Of a stretch of 64,000 nucleotides of DNA, positions 41,878 to 52,545 are shown piece after piece. A program made the position numbers and the translations under genes. The stretch lies in the NCBI GenBank assembly GCA_964474885.1, contig CAYYWO010000004.1:1-64000 (forward strand), in the 5' to 3' direction. Position 1 is the first letter of the stretch. Each line of letters starts with the position of its first letter. Source of the stretch: Candidatus Hadarchaeota archaeon. Lineage in GTDB: Archaea; Hadarchaeota; Hadarchaeia; Hadarchaeales; JAWBSP01. The notes under the pieces are model-generated. The model worked only from the letters and a program-made list of their open reading frames with translations. It was not told the DNA's origin and did not search any database.

Positions 41878-42067
41878 GCTTCTCTTCCGTCTCGCTTATA
41901 TGTTCCCGCATCGCATCCAACTTGCGCACGATGTCATACAGGGAGATGCCTATCAGCAGGTAGCCCGCCCCGAGAACAAAGCCCCTCAAGATCATCGGGT
42001 GAGTAGGGGCCAACAGCGCGATCACTAACCCTGCTACCAAGCAAACCACTAGGAGTTCCCCTTTCAA
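41867..42067 (-). CDS. small membrane protein
   Basis: Two TM segments; overlaps both neighbours in operon fashion. Confidence 0.6.
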   Translation of the reverse strand: MKGELLVVCLVAGLVIALLAPTHPMILRGFVLGAGYLLIGISLYDIVRKLDAMREHISETEEKHDA

Positions 42068-43419
42068 CCCTTTCCCTCCTCTCGTAGGATGCCACGGGCT
42101 GCCAGGATACCTGTGGCGGCTGCGGTAACTATACCCCTGGACAGGCCCGCCCCATCTCCGGCTGCGAAGATACCAGGGACCGAGGTCTGCATCCCTTCGT
42201 CCACATCCAGCTTCACGGCATAAAGCTTGATCTCAGGGGCGTAAAGCAGAGTAGAGTCGGATGCCAGGCCTGGCATCACTCGGTCTAGACTCTCTATCGC
42301 CTCCAACAGATCTGTGACGATCCTTCCAGGCAGAGCCATAGATATGTCCCCGGGTGTGACGCTCCTGAGGGTGGGTTTCACCTCCATTATCCTATCCCAT
42401 GTGGACCTTCTCCCCCTTCTCAGGTCCCCGAGCGTCTGAAGGAGGGGGTACCCTCCCCCTATGGTCGTAGCAAGCCTAGCGATAGAGATCCCGTAGGCCA
42501 GAGTGTTGGTCACGGGCTGGGTGAGGGCGACCTTGACCAACAAGGCGAAGTTGACGTTCTCCGACTTCCTTCCCCTCAGACTCTGCCCGTTTACGCCCGC
42601 GAAATCTCCGTACCTCTCCTCCATAACGAACCCTTGGTAGTTAGTGCAAAAAGTCCGGATGAAGTCCCTGAAGGTTCGAGTCAGGATGTGAAACTTGGGG
42701 TCCCAGGTCACCTCGATGACCTCCCTCATCACTTCCGCCTTCGTCTCGATCCTAGCCCCGACATCAATCGGCCCGTAGTTGAAGCGCATACCCAGACGCT
42801 TGGCCTCCTCCAGCAGCCACTCCGCACCAAAGCGTCCCGGTGCTAGCAGGATGTACTTGGCCCTCAGCCTCCTCCCGTCCGCCTTTACAAAACCAGGACC
42901 TACACGCCTCGCCCTTACCCCAGTCAGGATTCGCACCCCCTCGGATCTCAGCTCCTGTACGAGGGAACCGAATATCTTGGGCAAAAGCTCGCTGCCGATG
43001 TGCCTTTGCCTTACAGGGATAAAAGTAATGCCAGCCGATTTAGCTCTCCTCACCAGCCACTCCACTTTGGCCTCGACACCTTTCACCTCTCGGGGGGCCC
43101 CATGTTCCAGCAATATTTCATCCACCTCTCGTACGAGCTCCCACGCCCTCTTCTCACCCCCTGCTATCCTGCTTAGATCCCCGCCTACGAAGGGGCTCAG
43201 GTTCAGCGTCCCACTGGACATCCCTCCTGCCCCTCCAACGCCGCACATGACATTGCAGGGCTGGCATCGGATGCACTTTCCTCTTTCAGTTGCCGGACAA
43301 TGTCGCTCCTCTATGTCCTTCCCCATGTCCAAGACCAGAACAGACAGTCCTGCTTTGGACAGAGTTCTGGCGGCGAAAAGTCCAGCTGGGCCTGCTCCAA
43401 CAATTATAACGTCCCTCAT
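42064..43419 (-). CDS. FAD-dependent oxidoreductase (COG2509)
   Basis: VGAGPAG, Cys cluster CP..C..C.PC, GVGGAG..S, RTFC, YAPEIK, GDGAGLSRGI. Confidence 0.88.
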   Translation of the reverse strand: MRDVIIVGAGPAGLFAARTLSKAGLSVLVLDMGKDIEERHCPATERGKCIRCQPCNVMCGVGGAGGMSSGTLNLSPFVGGDLSRIAGGEKRAWELVREVDEILLEHGAPREVKGVEAKVEWLVRRAKSAGITFIPVRQRHIGSELLPKIFGSLVQELRSEGVRILTGVRARRVGPGFVKADGRRLRAKYILLAPGRFGAEWLLEEAKRLGMRFNYGPIDVGARIETKAEVMREVIEVTWDPKFHILTRTFRDFIRTFCTNYQGFVMEERYGDFAGVNGQSLRGRKSENVNFALLVKVALTQPVTNTLAYGISIARLATTIGGGYPLLQTLGDLRRGRRSTWDRIMEVKPTLRSVTPGDISMALPGRIVTDLLEAIESLDRVMPGLASDSTLLYAPEIKLYAVKLDVDEGMQTSVPGIFAAGDGAGLSRGIVTAAATGILAARGILREEGKG

Positions 43420-43615
43420 CCTCCCCGCACCGTCCCCTCTAGAACTCTTATCCTTATCACTATCCACTCTTCAAGTGTGAACTTATCCCGTCAATAAATG
43501 TTAATGATATTGTGGCTAGGTAACAGCAAACAGGAATCACCGTGTTTCTTTATAGCGGCCTTCTGGCTTAAGAAAATCTCGATATTCTTCGGGAACGCAC
43601 GAACTAGGGGTGCAT

Positions 43616-44425
43616 CTACCAGCTAGTTAGGGGGCGACCACCACTAGAATCTCTACTTAACAGCTGCCCGATTCTGCCTAGGTAAGTTCCGTCGAGTAGG
43701 TAGGCCTCGAGCTCTTCCCAGTTTAGGGCACCGCTCCTGATCAGAGGGCCTATGAGCTCGTCGGGAGGTTGCAGGTTGACGGCCGACCCTCTGACGACCC
43801 GACTGAAGGAAGGAAGGATTATCACCTCAGGGCACCCAGAAAAACGCAGGTCGGGAGGCAACCGCTGCGGGTGCAGAGACCCCTTCAGCCAGGCAGGCTC
43901 GATCTTCCTCCCTCCCTGGGCATCTTTGAACTCGAATGCCGGATGCATGTGTCCCATCACGAGCACTTTGCAGTTCAGCACCTCCGAGGAGGGCCATGCA
44001 TGCCCGTGGATAAAGCCTACCTCCCCTACTTTGATGCCCGAAGCAGAATGCAGTCTGACACCCCTCGGTACCATCCCCTCTAAGTCCCCGTCGTGGTTCC
44101 CGAGGATCACCTCGACTTCAGCCTTCCTAAGCAACTCCTCGAAAAACTCGGGTAGTTCTTGCCACTCCAGCCATGCGGTCCGGGGCACATTGTGCTTGAC
44201 GTCACCCAAGAGCAGGACTCGCTCGAGCCTATACCTATCTAAGAGCTGATTTATCCTGCGCTTGATGTCCGGGAGCTGGCTGGGCAGGCTAACACCTGCC
44301 TCCGCGAGTTCGCTCTCAATCCCCAGATGCAAATCCGCGATGACAAGCATTTTAAAGTCTCGGTAAATCATCGCCGGGTGATTGGGTACGAGCTGTAGTC
44401 TCAACTTATCCCTTCCAAACTCCAA
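43616..44425 (-). CDS. metallophosphoesterase (COG1407)
   Basis: ADLHLG, LGDVKH, GNHD, HGH, GHMHP. Confidence 0.9.
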   Translation of the reverse strand: MEFGRDKLRLQLVPNHPAMIYRDFKMLVIADLHLGIESELAEAGVSLPSQLPDIKRRINQLLDRYRLERVLLLGDVKHNVPRTAWLEWQELPEFFEELLRKAEVEVILGNHDGDLEGMVPRGVRLHSASGIKVGEVGFIHGHAWPSSEVLNCKVLVMGHMHPAFEFKDAQGGRKIEPAWLKGSLHPQRLPPDLRFSGCPEVIILPSFSRVVRGSAVNLQPPDELIGPLIRSGALNWEELEAYLLDGTYLGRIGQLLSRDSSGGRPLTSW

Positions 44426-44687
44426 TCGCCAGACCTATCGCGAAAGCAACAAAGCCATAAGAGGCGTTACCTATCACCCCTTGCGTCCAGGAGGCAAGTG
44501 TGGGGAGAGCCTGGGCAGCCTTCTCCCACAGATCAGGGATCTTCACCGTTGCCACGCCAGCCACCGTAAGCAACGACAACAGGGCTATGACGAGGGTCAC
44601 GAGCTTAATCGCCTGCTTGACAAAAAGACCCACCAGCAGGCCGAAAATGAAGGGCAGAACCAGCGGGAATAGCCACTCATAACTCAT
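44406..44687 (-). CDS. FUN14-like small membrane protein
   Basis: FIFGLLVGLFVKQAIK...GFVAFAIGLAIGVWKG pattern. Confidence 0.65.
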   Translation of the reverse strand: MSYEWLFPLVLPFIFGLLVGLFVKQAIKLVTLVIALLSLLTVAGVATVKIPDLWEKAAQALPTLASWTQGVIGNASYGFVAFAIGLAIGVWKG

Positions 44688-45607
44688 GCCAGTTCAAGCC
44701 ATCCCCTGTAGCGCGGAACCTTCCCCCTGACGGTTTCAAAGAAGATGTTCTGAATCTTCCTCGTCACAGGCCAGTTTCCCCTCCCTATTGTCTTCCCCTC
44801 TATCTCCCTCACAGGTGTGACCTCTGCCGCGGTCCCCGTGAAGAAAACCTCATCCGCCTCCAGGAGCTCCTCGACCGTTAAATCCTTCTCTTGAAAAGGT
44901 ATCCCCTCATCCCGAGCTATCTGGATGACGGAGTCCCGAGTTATCCCAGGCAGTATGCCTGCCTCGATGGGTGGAGTAAGGAGCTTCCCCTCCCTGACAA
45001 TGAAGAGGTTCTCACCTGGGCCCTCCGCCACTTTGTTGTCCAGATTAAGGAGAATTGCTTCATCATAGCCCGCCTGCAGTGCATCCAGCTTCGCCAAAAT
45101 AGAATTCGCGTAGTTTGCCACTAGCTTCGATTGAGGAGGGAGGATGCGTTTGTCTATTCTCCGCCATCGGGAGATCTTGACTCTGACCCCTCTTCTCAGG
45201 CCTTCCTCGCCCAAGTACGTCCCCCAAGGCCAGGTAGCTATGGCCACATGGACGGGAGCCCCTGAAGGGTTTAGGCCCATGACACCGTAGCCGTGGAAGG
45301 CTATGGGCCTGATGTAGCACTCCTCCAGCCCATTCACTCTGATCAGGCGCTTGGTTGCTTGAACCAATTCCTCAACGGAGTAGGGGATTCTCATCCCTAT
45401 GAGCGAAGCCGAAGCGTGCAACCTCTTCATATGATCCGTTAAGCGGAAAACTGCGGGCCCCTCCTCAGTCTTGTAACAACGTATCCCCTCGAAGACGCCG
45501 AATCCGTAGTGCAGAGTATGTGTCAGGACGTGGATTTTCGCTTCTTCCCAAGGTACAAGGTTTCCATCCATCCATATGTACTTGGTCGGAGTAATGCCGG
45601 ATTTCAT
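44684..45607 (-). CDS. ilvE: branched-chain amino acid aminotransferase
   Basis: HTLHYG.GVFEG, YIRP, EGPGENLF, LPGITR, GTAAEVTP. Confidence 0.96.
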   Translation of the reverse strand: MKSGITPTKYIWMDGNLVPWEEAKIHVLTHTLHYGFGVFEGIRCYKTEEGPAVFRLTDHMKRLHASASLIGMRIPYSVEELVQATKRLIRVNGLEECYIRPIAFHGYGVMGLNPSGAPVHVAIATWPWGTYLGEEGLRRGVRVKISRWRRIDKRILPPQSKLVANYANSILAKLDALQAGYDEAILLNLDNKVAEGPGENLFIVREGKLLTPPIEAGILPGITRDSVIQIARDEGIPFQEKDLTVEELLEADEVFFTGTAAEVTPVREIEGKTIGRGNWPVTRKIQNIFFETVRGKVPRYRGWLELA

Positions 45608-45810
45608 CCCATCCTCACACTCTTTGTTTTAAGTCCCTATACACAAGTCCCAGATGTTGCAAAATCCCGGTGATTCCGGACAGATGTCAGAGTAATCTAC
45701 CATGAAAACATTGAGCACTATCATCTATTTGAAATGGGAGGCAAGACTCATCACACAATTGCCTGCTTGAGCGAAACTGCAGGAAAAAAATCGAAACTCT
45801 GACAATGGGT

Positions 45811-46395
45811 TTATTCTGAGAAAACCGAATCGATTCTCGATTTGACCTCCTCGAAATGCTGTACTATATTTTCAGGCAACAGCCCGCGCTGGAGGTACTC
45901 TGAGAATCTCTTGTTCCTCTCCTCCTCAGTCAGCATCTTCGCGTAACTTGCTATGTGCTCCCCTCGAATTCTCTCCTTGGGAGGCAGGACGGATGGATCA
46001 TGGGGAATTGCCATGCCGGCATCCACAGCGCCCTTCAAAGCCGCAAAAACCCTCGCACCCGGAGTGGGCTGATGGAGGCCAATGTCTAGGATGCCCTCAG
46101 TTATCCCCCTCTTCAGGCTTCGCTTGGCGCAGAGGTACCCGGCAAGGTATGCGGCAGGTGTATTGCTACCCCCTTTCCAGCCGAATTTTCTCAGCTCCTT
46201 CAAATCTGCCCAGCACAAAGTGACATCACCCCGCGAATCGTACTTGACCAGGTGGACTATCACTCTCCTGTTGCTGAGTCTCACAACCAACCTAGGCTTG
46301 CCGGACAACAATAACTTGAGCCTGCGCTTGTAATCAGTCTTGCCCTCTCTCCTCCTTCTGAAGGGAACCCTATACCTAGGACCTGACTTCACCAA
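45811..46395 (-). CDS. rpl18: 50S ribosomal protein L18 (uL18)
   Basis: [40 protein letters not shown]. Confidence 0.96.
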   Translation of the reverse strand: MVKSGPRYRVPFRRRREGKTDYKRRLKLLLSGKPRLVVRLSNRRVIVHLVKYDSRGDVTLCWADLKELRKFGWKGGSNTPAAYLAGYLCAKRSLKRGITEGILDIGLHQPTPGARVFAALKGAVDAGMAIPHDPSVLPPKERIRGEHIASYAKMLTEEERNKRFSEYLQRGLLPENIVQHFEEVKSRIDSVFSE

Positions 46396-46810
46396 GCTCC
46401 ACACCCCTCTCGCGTAGGTATGCCAGCAGGTGAGAGCGATCCCTGAAGAATCCCCCCTTTACCATCCGGTAGAGTTCCCGGTAAAAGGAGCGTTCTATCG
46501 CTCCCTTCTCCCTCAACTCGGACAAAGTTTTCCTCAGGGCGCGCACCCTCCTCATCCACTTCTCTTTTTCCGATTCGATCGCTCCTTTTCTGCTACCCGG
46601 ACCCCTTCGCTTGCCCTTTCTCGCCCTCTTCCTTCCTCTCGAGACGGATGCTTCGGGCTTCTTCCTGATGATTCCCCTCTTTATCAGCTTGCGCACATCA
46701 TCCTTTGTTATGGCCGTCTGGACCTCATCCTTCCTGTCAGGGTCTATCCAGACTCGACTCTCCCCCACGCCCAAGATCTGAGCTGCCATCCGCCTCTGGA
46801 GCCTCGTCAT
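46376..46810 (-). CDS. rpl19e: 50S ribosomal protein L19e
   Basis: [26 protein letters not shown]. Confidence 0.96.
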   Translation of the reverse strand: MTRLQRRMAAQILGVGESRVWIDPDRKDEVQTAITKDDVRKLIKRGIIRKKPEASVSRGRKRARKGKRRGPGSRKGAIESEKEKWMRRVRALRKTLSELREKGAIERSFYRELYRMVKGGFFRDRSHLLAYLRERGVELGEVRS

Positions 46811-47151
46811 GGATTAAGCACCCTTATTCCTCTTTCTCTGGCGAGTTCAAGAATCATACGTCTCTTGCGCTCTCCAACCGAGGAAGCTATCCTTATTGCT
46901 TCCGCAGCTGGGTTCACCTTTTCCACTTGTCTGGGGTTTTCGATCAGGACTTCCCTCAGGCCGCAAGGGTGGAGGCCCCTCACCTTCTTGGGTTGCCGGT
47001 ATCCTATCTTGACTATTGGAGGTTTACCTTTTTTCTGAAGTCTCATCTTGCTGTCTTTCCCCTTGGGCTTCCTCCATTCCTCTCCCAGCCTGCCGTATCT
47101 CCACCACTCCTGCCTCCTAAATTCCGGAACCTCACGCTTCTTCAGCCTCAT
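46807..47151 (-). CDS. rpl32e: 50S ribosomal protein L32e
   Basis: P.FRRQ, WRKPKG.DSKMR, RGLHP.G. Confidence 0.96.
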   Translation of the reverse strand: MRLKKREVPEFRRQEWWRYGRLGEEWRKPKGKDSKMRLQKKGKPPIVKIGYRQPKKVRGLHPCGLREVLIENPRQVEKVNPAAEAIRIASSVGERKRRMILELARERGIRVLNP

Positions 47152-47672
47152 GAAATTCTATAGATTCCGTCTTGGAATACTCTCGGGTCCCTGCGCTTAA
47201 TTTTGGTGGCATTCTCGATGTTCAGAGCCGTCTGACCAACCTCGTACTTGTCTATCCCTTCAACGATTACCTCATCCCCCTCCACCCTGACCTTGGCATC
47301 CCCAACTATCTCAGCCACCCTGGGGGCCTTTTCGCCCAGGAAGTTGGAAATTATCACTTTTCTCCCTTCCACCTTGACACTTATCGGGAAGTGCGCGTAG
47401 ACTATTTTCATCTTGACCGTCCAGCCCTCCGTGACACCCTTTATCGCGTTCCTTATCAGTGCCTTGACTGTTCCCACCATGGCCTTGTGCTTCCTCTTCT
47501 CAAACTTACTCTTTATCACAATCGTCCTGTCCTCAGCAGAGATGGACAGCCAGTTGAGCCAGGGCTGGTCGAAGGATCTTTTGAGCTGTCCTTTCGGGCC
47601 GGAGATGATAATCGTCCTATCCTTAATGGAAAAATCTATTCCCTCGGGTATCCGAATTCTCTCCTCCAACAT
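47148..47672 (-). CDS. rpl6: 50S ribosomal protein L6
   Basis: GPKG.L, YAHFP, NFLGEK.PR, DPRVFQDGIY. Confidence 0.96.
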   Translation of the reverse strand: MLEERIRIPEGIDFSIKDRTIIISGPKGQLKRSFDQPWLNWLSISAEDRTIVIKSKFEKRKHKAMVGTVKALIRNAIKGVTEGWTVKMKIVYAHFPISVKVEGRKVIISNFLGEKAPRVAEIVGDAKVRVEGDEVIVEGIDKYEVGQTALNIENATKIKRRDPRVFQDGIYRIS

Positions 47673-48061
47673 TACCACACGTAGGCGAGAAGTTTTCCCC
47701 CGAGCCCGCGTTCCTTAGCTTCTTTATTGGTCATCACGCCTTGAGGGGTCGAAACGATCAGGATACCGAGGTTCGCTGCAGGCAGATATCTCTTCTCCCA
47801 CTTTTCGAATTCATCCTTCTTCACGGAGAAACGCGGTTTGATCACATTGCAGTCGTTTATCTTCCCTACGAGCTTTATCTTGAACTTTCCACCCCTCCCA
47901 TCCTCCTCACGCTCGAAGTCACCGATGTACCCTTCCCGCTTCATCAGCTCCAAGATCCTACCTATGAGTTTTGAAGCCGGTCTGGTCACCACTTCCTTCT
48001 TCCTCGCCCTCTCGTAGTTCTTTATCATAGAGAGTGTATCAGCGAGCGGATCGTGTTGCAT
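47672..48061 (-). CDS. rps8: 30S ribosomal protein S8
   Basis: [32 protein letters not shown]. Confidence 0.96.
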   Translation of the reverse strand: MQHDPLADTLSMIKNYERARKKEVVTRPASKLIGRILELMKREGYIGDFEREEDGRGGKFKIKLVGKINDCNVIKPRFSVKKDEFEKWEKRYLPAANLGILIVSTPQGVMTNKEAKERGLGGKLLAYVW

Positions 48062-48066
48062 GGTTC

Positions 48067-48213
48067 TCAGTTGTACTTTTTGAATCCCATCTTAGGTGCC
48101 ATCTCCCTGAAGCACCTTCTACAAAGGAAGAGGTTATACCTAGTTATGACTGGGCCTATCCTCCCGCACCTCCTGCAAGGATGAGCTCCCTTTCCCCAGC
48201 GCTTTGGTGGCAT
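48067..48213 (-). CDS. rps14: 30S ribosomal protein S14 (Zn type; not in ORF track)
   Basis: Manual translation [48 protein letters not shown]; sits between L5 and S8. Confidence 0.95.
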   Translation of the reverse strand: MPPKRWGKGAHPCRRCGRIGPVITRYNLFLCRRCFREMAPKMGFKKYN

Positions 48214-48737
48214 CAGACTATTTGAACCCCAAAGTTATTTTTTACCCACTCCATCGCCTCTTCCTTGGAGACCCTGAAGCTTCTTGGTAACTTCTTTCTA
48301 CACCTCTTCCGCCTGGCTATCCGGTAACCCCTCCTCCTCAGCGACACGCACACATCCATGCCAAAAATACCGATATTGGGGTCGTACTTCATGCCCGGTA
48401 TCTCTATGTACTCCTTGATGCCGAAGGCGAAGTTGCCCTGACCGTCGAAACATGATGCCTTCAGTTTATTGTCGACCGCCTTCAGGAGAAGTCCTAAGAT
48501 CTCCATCCCCTTCTCTCCCCTGAGTGTGACCATACAGCCGATGGGCTCGCGTTTTTTCACCCCCCACTCGCGTATCGTTTTCCTCGCAATGGTGCGCTTT
48601 GGTTTTCTCCCGGTCAGCCTTATCAGAACCTGTTCCGCCCTATCTAGTTTCTCTCCACTCTCCCCAACGCCTATGTTGATAACGACTTTGTCCAGCAAAA
48701 CTTCTTGCATAGGATTCCGAATCAACGGTCTCTTCAT
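48213..48737 (-). CDS. rpl5: 50S ribosomal protein L5
   Basis: [35 protein letters not shown]. Confidence 0.96.
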   Translation of the reverse strand: MKRPLIRNPMQEVLLDKVVINIGVGESGEKLDRAEQVLIRLTGRKPKRTIARKTIREWGVKKREPIGCMVTLRGEKGMEILGLLLKAVDNKLKASCFDGQGNFAFGIKEYIEIPGMKYDPNIGIFGMDVCVSLRRRGYRIARRKRCRKKLPRSFRVSKEEAMEWVKNNFGVQIV

Positions 48738-49456
48738 TGTTCTGGCAATGAGATAAGGGGAGTTTCCCTGCCGATTGGAAAGACATACTGCTGGATGGTT
48801 TCGAATTCTTCACTGTCGCTTCTCAATACCACACTGGTTCTCCCCATGCCTAACCTTCTCACCTCAACCACCCTCCCCACCCTGGACACATTCTTCCCTC
48901 CGGATACATAAACAAGTGCTCCTCTCTCGAGTTTGATCACATCCAGCACTTTCTGCTCCGGCAGGGAGATCTTCAGAGAATCCCCGATCTTGTGATCTAC
49001 CTGACCATCGAAGATGAAGGTCCTTCCGTCGTGAGTGCAAAGTTGGATCTTTCCTCCCTTAATCATTTTCTTCCTTTCGATCCTACACAGCTTGAAAGAA
49101 GACTCCTCCTCCGGGATCTGTTTAGGGAAGGGCCTCTCGTGATTGTCCAGAAGAATCCTGTAGTATAGCCCAGCGGAGGGGAAGGAAACAACGTCCATTA
49201 GGCCGGTTGGAAACTTGTGCTCTCTCACAACTCTCCCATCCACCAGGACCCTCCCTTCCTTCAGCACCTTCTTGGCCTCCCTGAGGTTTCCCACCAGCTT
49301 CAGATAATCCCTCAATAAAACCCCTAGAGGTACGGAACGTACAGCTGAGTGTGGGCCCGGCTGGGGTTTGACCAGCCAAGTCGCAAGCTTCCTAGGTACC
49401 TTTAGCGGAGGTGCAGCATGCCTCTTCAAATGTTTGCTTTCACCCATCCGCGCCAT
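48734..49456 (-). CDS. rps4e: 30S ribosomal protein S4e
   Basis: KHLKR, PGPH, VDGRV...KFPTGLMDV, HDGR. Confidence 0.96.
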   Translation of the reverse strand: MARMGESKHLKRHAAPPLKVPRKLATWLVKPQPGPHSAVRSVPLGVLLRDYLKLVGNLREAKKVLKEGRVLVDGRVVREHKFPTGLMDVVSFPSAGLYYRILLDNHERPFPKQIPEEESSFKLCRIERKKMIKGGKIQLCTHDGRTFIFDGQVDHKIGDSLKISLPEQKVLDVIKLERGALVYVSGGKNVSRVGRVVEVRRLGMGRTSVVLRSDSEEFETIQQYVFPIGRETPLISLPEQ

Positions 49457-49462
49457 CTCGCT

Positions 49463-50002
49463 CTACGGAGTACCACAAATATGCTTTTTCAATCTCTCGA
49501 TTTGCTCCCTCAGCGCGATCAGTCTCCCGATGGCCGGGTGATCTTCCCCCAGCTTCCGTCTGAAATTCGCCAGCGTCTTCTCGAAAGGAACCTCCCTGTC
49601 ACCTTCCACCAGCTTGTCAGCGTACGCAACTATCTTCTCCTCAAGAGTCTGAGGAAAAAAATTCCTTGCTGGTAAACCTAAGCTTCTCGCCTCGCTAGCA
49701 GGCAATCCTCCCCCAATGTGATTCTCCGCGAAGCCAGCATACTCATCGAGCCCCATCTCCCTCAGTATTCTTCCACCCTCCACGCCGTGGGATATCCCGT
49801 GGGTTCTGGCCCTCCCGATGTCATGCAGAATTGCCCCCACCTTCACTTTCTCCACATCTACTTGAAGATGACGCGAGAACTCCTCGGCTATTCTTGCAGC
49901 AACCCGGGCAACGGCCCGGCAATGCTTAATTACCTCTTCAGAGCACCCGGCCCTTCTTAGAACCTCAAGCGCCTCCTCAGTGCTCAACGCCTTCTTTCGC
50001 AA
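49463..50002 (-). CDS. HD-domain (HDIG, TIGR00295-like) phosphohydrolase
   Basis: H..AV, LHDIG, HGVEG, HIGGG, EEKIVAYAD. Confidence 0.9.
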   Translation of the reverse strand: MRKKALSTEEALEVLRRAGCSEEVIKHCRAVARVAARIAEEFSRHLQVDVEKVKVGAILHDIGRARTHGISHGVEGGRILREMGLDEYAGFAENHIGGGLPASEARSLGLPARNFFPQTLEEKIVAYADKLVEGDREVPFEKTLANFRRKLGEDHPAIGRLIALREQIERLKKHICGTP

Positions 50003-50558
50003 GCTCCTGCTCCAAAAGCTTTATCTTGCTTTCCAGACTCTTCACCACGGGGGTGTTGTCGTAGTAGTCTAACTTTTCCCCACAAGTTGGACAAAGAAAA
50101 TTGAGTTCCATAGCTACATCCATGGGTATCTTGGGACAGTTATTGGGACACCTAAAGAAAACCGTCCCCCGCTCATACTCAAGCCTCTCCTTCAGCCTAT
50201 CGAGCATCCTCTTCTTGTGTATCCGCAAGTACTCCTTGGCCCTCTGGGGCTCTATATACCAGTGGTAAACATACCAGCCCGTGCCATCGTCTCTCGTACG
50301 CCTGTAGTTCACCAAGCGCATGTCATACAGGTCGTACAGGATCCTCCTGACGACATGGGCTTTGAGCCCTGTAGCCTTCGCCAGTCCGTCGTCCGTTAGC
50401 TCCTTTCTCATCAGGGCGGAGATCACCTTAAAACCCGGATCCCCAGCAACGGTTTCGATCACCTCCTTTATCTCCTTGTCCGGCAGGTCCTCCTTTCCCA
50501 CCCCTTCCCTTGTCTTCCTCGGTCGCTTCACGGCTTTTTTCTGCTTCATGGCGTCCAT
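49977..50558 (-). CDS. tfe: transcription factor E (TFIIE alpha)
   Basis: TDD.LA..TG, VRRILY.L, GWYVY.W, C..C / F.CPTCG Zn ribbon. Confidence 0.93.
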   Translation of the reverse strand: MDAMKQKKAVKRPRKTREGVGKEDLPDKEIKEVIETVAGDPGFKVISALMRKELTDDGLAKATGLKAHVVRRILYDLYDMRLVNYRRTRDDGTGWYVYHWYIEPQRAKEYLRIHKKRMLDRLKERLEYERGTVFFRCPNNCPKIPMDVAMELNFLCPTCGEKLDYYDNTPVVKSLESKIKLLEQELAKEGVEH

Positions 50559-50602
50559 GTCCCATATCCCCTTTTTTTAATCTCGATTTGTATGGAAGAC
50601 AC

Positions 50603-51469
50603 TTAAATAAAGGCTTTTGGCTTCCTAACCAGCACCCATCCCTTACCCACCGCGCACCGCTCAAAACCAACTTCCCTGAGCCTTCTGATGACGCCTGAGA
50701 GCACTCGCTTCCTCCGGGACCTGCCCGGCTCGCCCACGTAGTGGTATAACCGTCCCCTCGGTTTCAGCAGCCTAAAAAGTTGCCTATAAAAACCTAAAGA
50801 ATACAGCTCGCCTGCCAGCGCGAACCTAGGAGGATCGTTCAGGATGACATCAAAAGCTTCCTCATCCAGCTGGTAAACGACCTCCGCCGCATCCCCCAGC
50901 ACTATCGAAATGTTAGCCGAGCACAGCTCACGAGACCAAGGGTTCTCCTCAGCCATCTCCAGCACATTCCTATCTACCTCGATCGTCAAGACCTCCCCGC
51001 CGCGCTTCATGGACCAGATGGCGGTGTAACCCAGACCCGTACCCACATCGAGAACCCGCGTACCATCCCTGACCCCGGCTTTGCCCACCTTGTCCGCCGC
51101 ATCCCTCCAGGGATCCACATCCTTCACGCGATGCATGTGGATCCCTGAGATCTCGAGTGTGGGGGCTCCTTGACCCACATCCACTAGCTTGTAGAACTTG
51201 CCATTAGCAAAGCAACAAGCTTTCCTCAGTAGGTTCCCCTCAAGGATCCACACCTCTCCTGGTTTTATCTCAGGTAGGGCATGAAAGTTCAAAGCCCCGG
51301 CAGGTAGCTTGACCGTGCTCCCCTCGAGCTTCACCCTGATCGTTGACAACTCAAGGTCAAAACTGACTTCGGCCTCCCCTTTCCCCTCGGTTATCGCACG
51401 CTTTAACTTCTCCCAGGTTCTCCTCGTGAAGAGCAGGTGCCCCTTCGGGTTGAAGCTGTAGAATCTCAC
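50603..51469 (-). CDS. archaeal SAM-dependent methyltransferase (COG2521)
   Basis: PTLEISGIHMHR, LDVGTGLGYTAI, NPWS, DPPRFALAGELYS. Confidence 0.88.
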   Translation of the reverse strand: MRFYSFNPKGHLLFTRRTWEKLKRAITEGKGEAEVSFDLELSTIRVKLEGSTVKLPAGALNFHALPEIKPGEVWILEGNLLRKACCFANGKFYKLVDVGQGAPTLEISGIHMHRVKDVDPWRDAADKVGKAGVRDGTRVLDVGTGLGYTAIWSMKRGGEVLTIEVDRNVLEMAEENPWSRELCSANISIVLGDAAEVVYQLDEEAFDVILNDPPRFALAGELYSLGFYRQLFRLLKPRGRLYHYVGEPGRSRRKRVLSGVIRRLREVGFERCAVGKGWVLVRKPKAFI

Positions 51470-52530
51470 TGCAGCTTTTGCCTCAGGGCTTCTAGGAGTG
51501 CCTCCAGGTTGGCCCCGTACTTGGCGGAAATTGGGACTACACTGTAGGGGCTGTGATTGAGGAACACGATCCTCCGCTGGAGGTCCGCGGGACTGAGGAG
51601 GTCTGTCTTGTTCAGGGCTATTAGCATCCGCTCATGCCCCTCGAGTATCTCTAAGGCGCTTTTCATCTTCCGGCAGAGCTCGTGGATGGGGTCCGACCCG
51701 TCCAGTACCAGGACGACCAGGTCTGAGAGCTCGATCTCCTCCAGGGTGGCCTTGAAGGCTTCAATCATCCAGGGGGGCAGGTCCTCGATGAATCCAACGG
51801 TGTCGGTCAGCAGAACGTTCGGGAGCCCCCTGACCCTTCTTGTCCGCGTGGTGAGGGTCGTGAACATCATGTCGTCCACTTCTGCTTCCCCTTCCGTCAG
51901 GGCATTCAGGAGGGTTGACTTCCCGGCGTTGGTGTAACCCGCTAGGGTAACGAGCTTGAAGCCCCTCCGCTTCCGGAGCTTTCGCTTGAGGCCCCTGCTC
52001 TCGGCTATCTTGACCAGTTTTCTGCGGAGATGCTGCAGCCTGTGCTTTATGGTGTCATAGTGAACCTGCACCTCATACTCGCCCCCACCCCTCCACCCGG
52101 GCTGCTCGGCCGAGAGCTGGCGCCTAACCCTCTCCCGAACCCTAGGAAGCTCGTACTTCAACCTCGCGTACTCAACCTGCACCTTCGCCTCAGGCGTCCC
52201 GGCACGCATGGCGAAGATGTCTAGAATCAACTGGAACCTATCCAGCACCTCAACACCGAACAATTTGGAAAGTCTGAAGGCCTGCGAGGGGGAGAGCGGG
52301 TTCCCGAAGATGACCCTCTCAGCTCCAAGTTCCTTTACCTTTCTGGAGATCTCCTCGGCTTTACCCCTCCCGATACAGTAGGCTGGATCGGGGTGTCTGA
52401 CCTGGGAGAAGGTGCCCACTATCTCATAACCCAGGGTCCGTGCCAAAGAAATCATCTCATCCATGCGGGAGGGCTCGCCCGCGGAGCGCCTCTCGACTAT
52501 GATCGCCCTCACAAAAAAGATTAAGGGCAC
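51466..52530 (-). CDS. hflX: GTPase HflX
   Basis: DRFQLILDIF, GYTNAGKSTL, FTTL, DTVGFI, NKTD; start uncertain. Confidence 0.95.
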   Translation of the reverse strand: MPLIFFVRAIIVERRSAGEPSRMDEMISLARTLGYEIVGTFSQVRHPDPAYCIGRGKAEEISRKVKELGAERVIFGNPLSPSQAFRLSKLFGVEVLDRFQLILDIFAMRAGTPEAKVQVEYARLKYELPRVRERVRRQLSAEQPGWRGGGEYEVQVHYDTIKHRLQHLRRKLVKIAESRGLKRKLRKRRGFKLVTLAGYTNAGKSTLLNALTEGEAEVDDMMFTTLTTRTRRVRGLPNVLLTDTVGFIEDLPPWMIEAFKATLEEIELSDLVVLVLDGSDPIHELCRKMKSALEILEGHERMLIALNKTDLLSPADLQRRIVFLNHSPYSVVPISAKYGANLEALLEALRQKLQ

Positions 52531-52545
52531 GCGGCAAATAATCTC

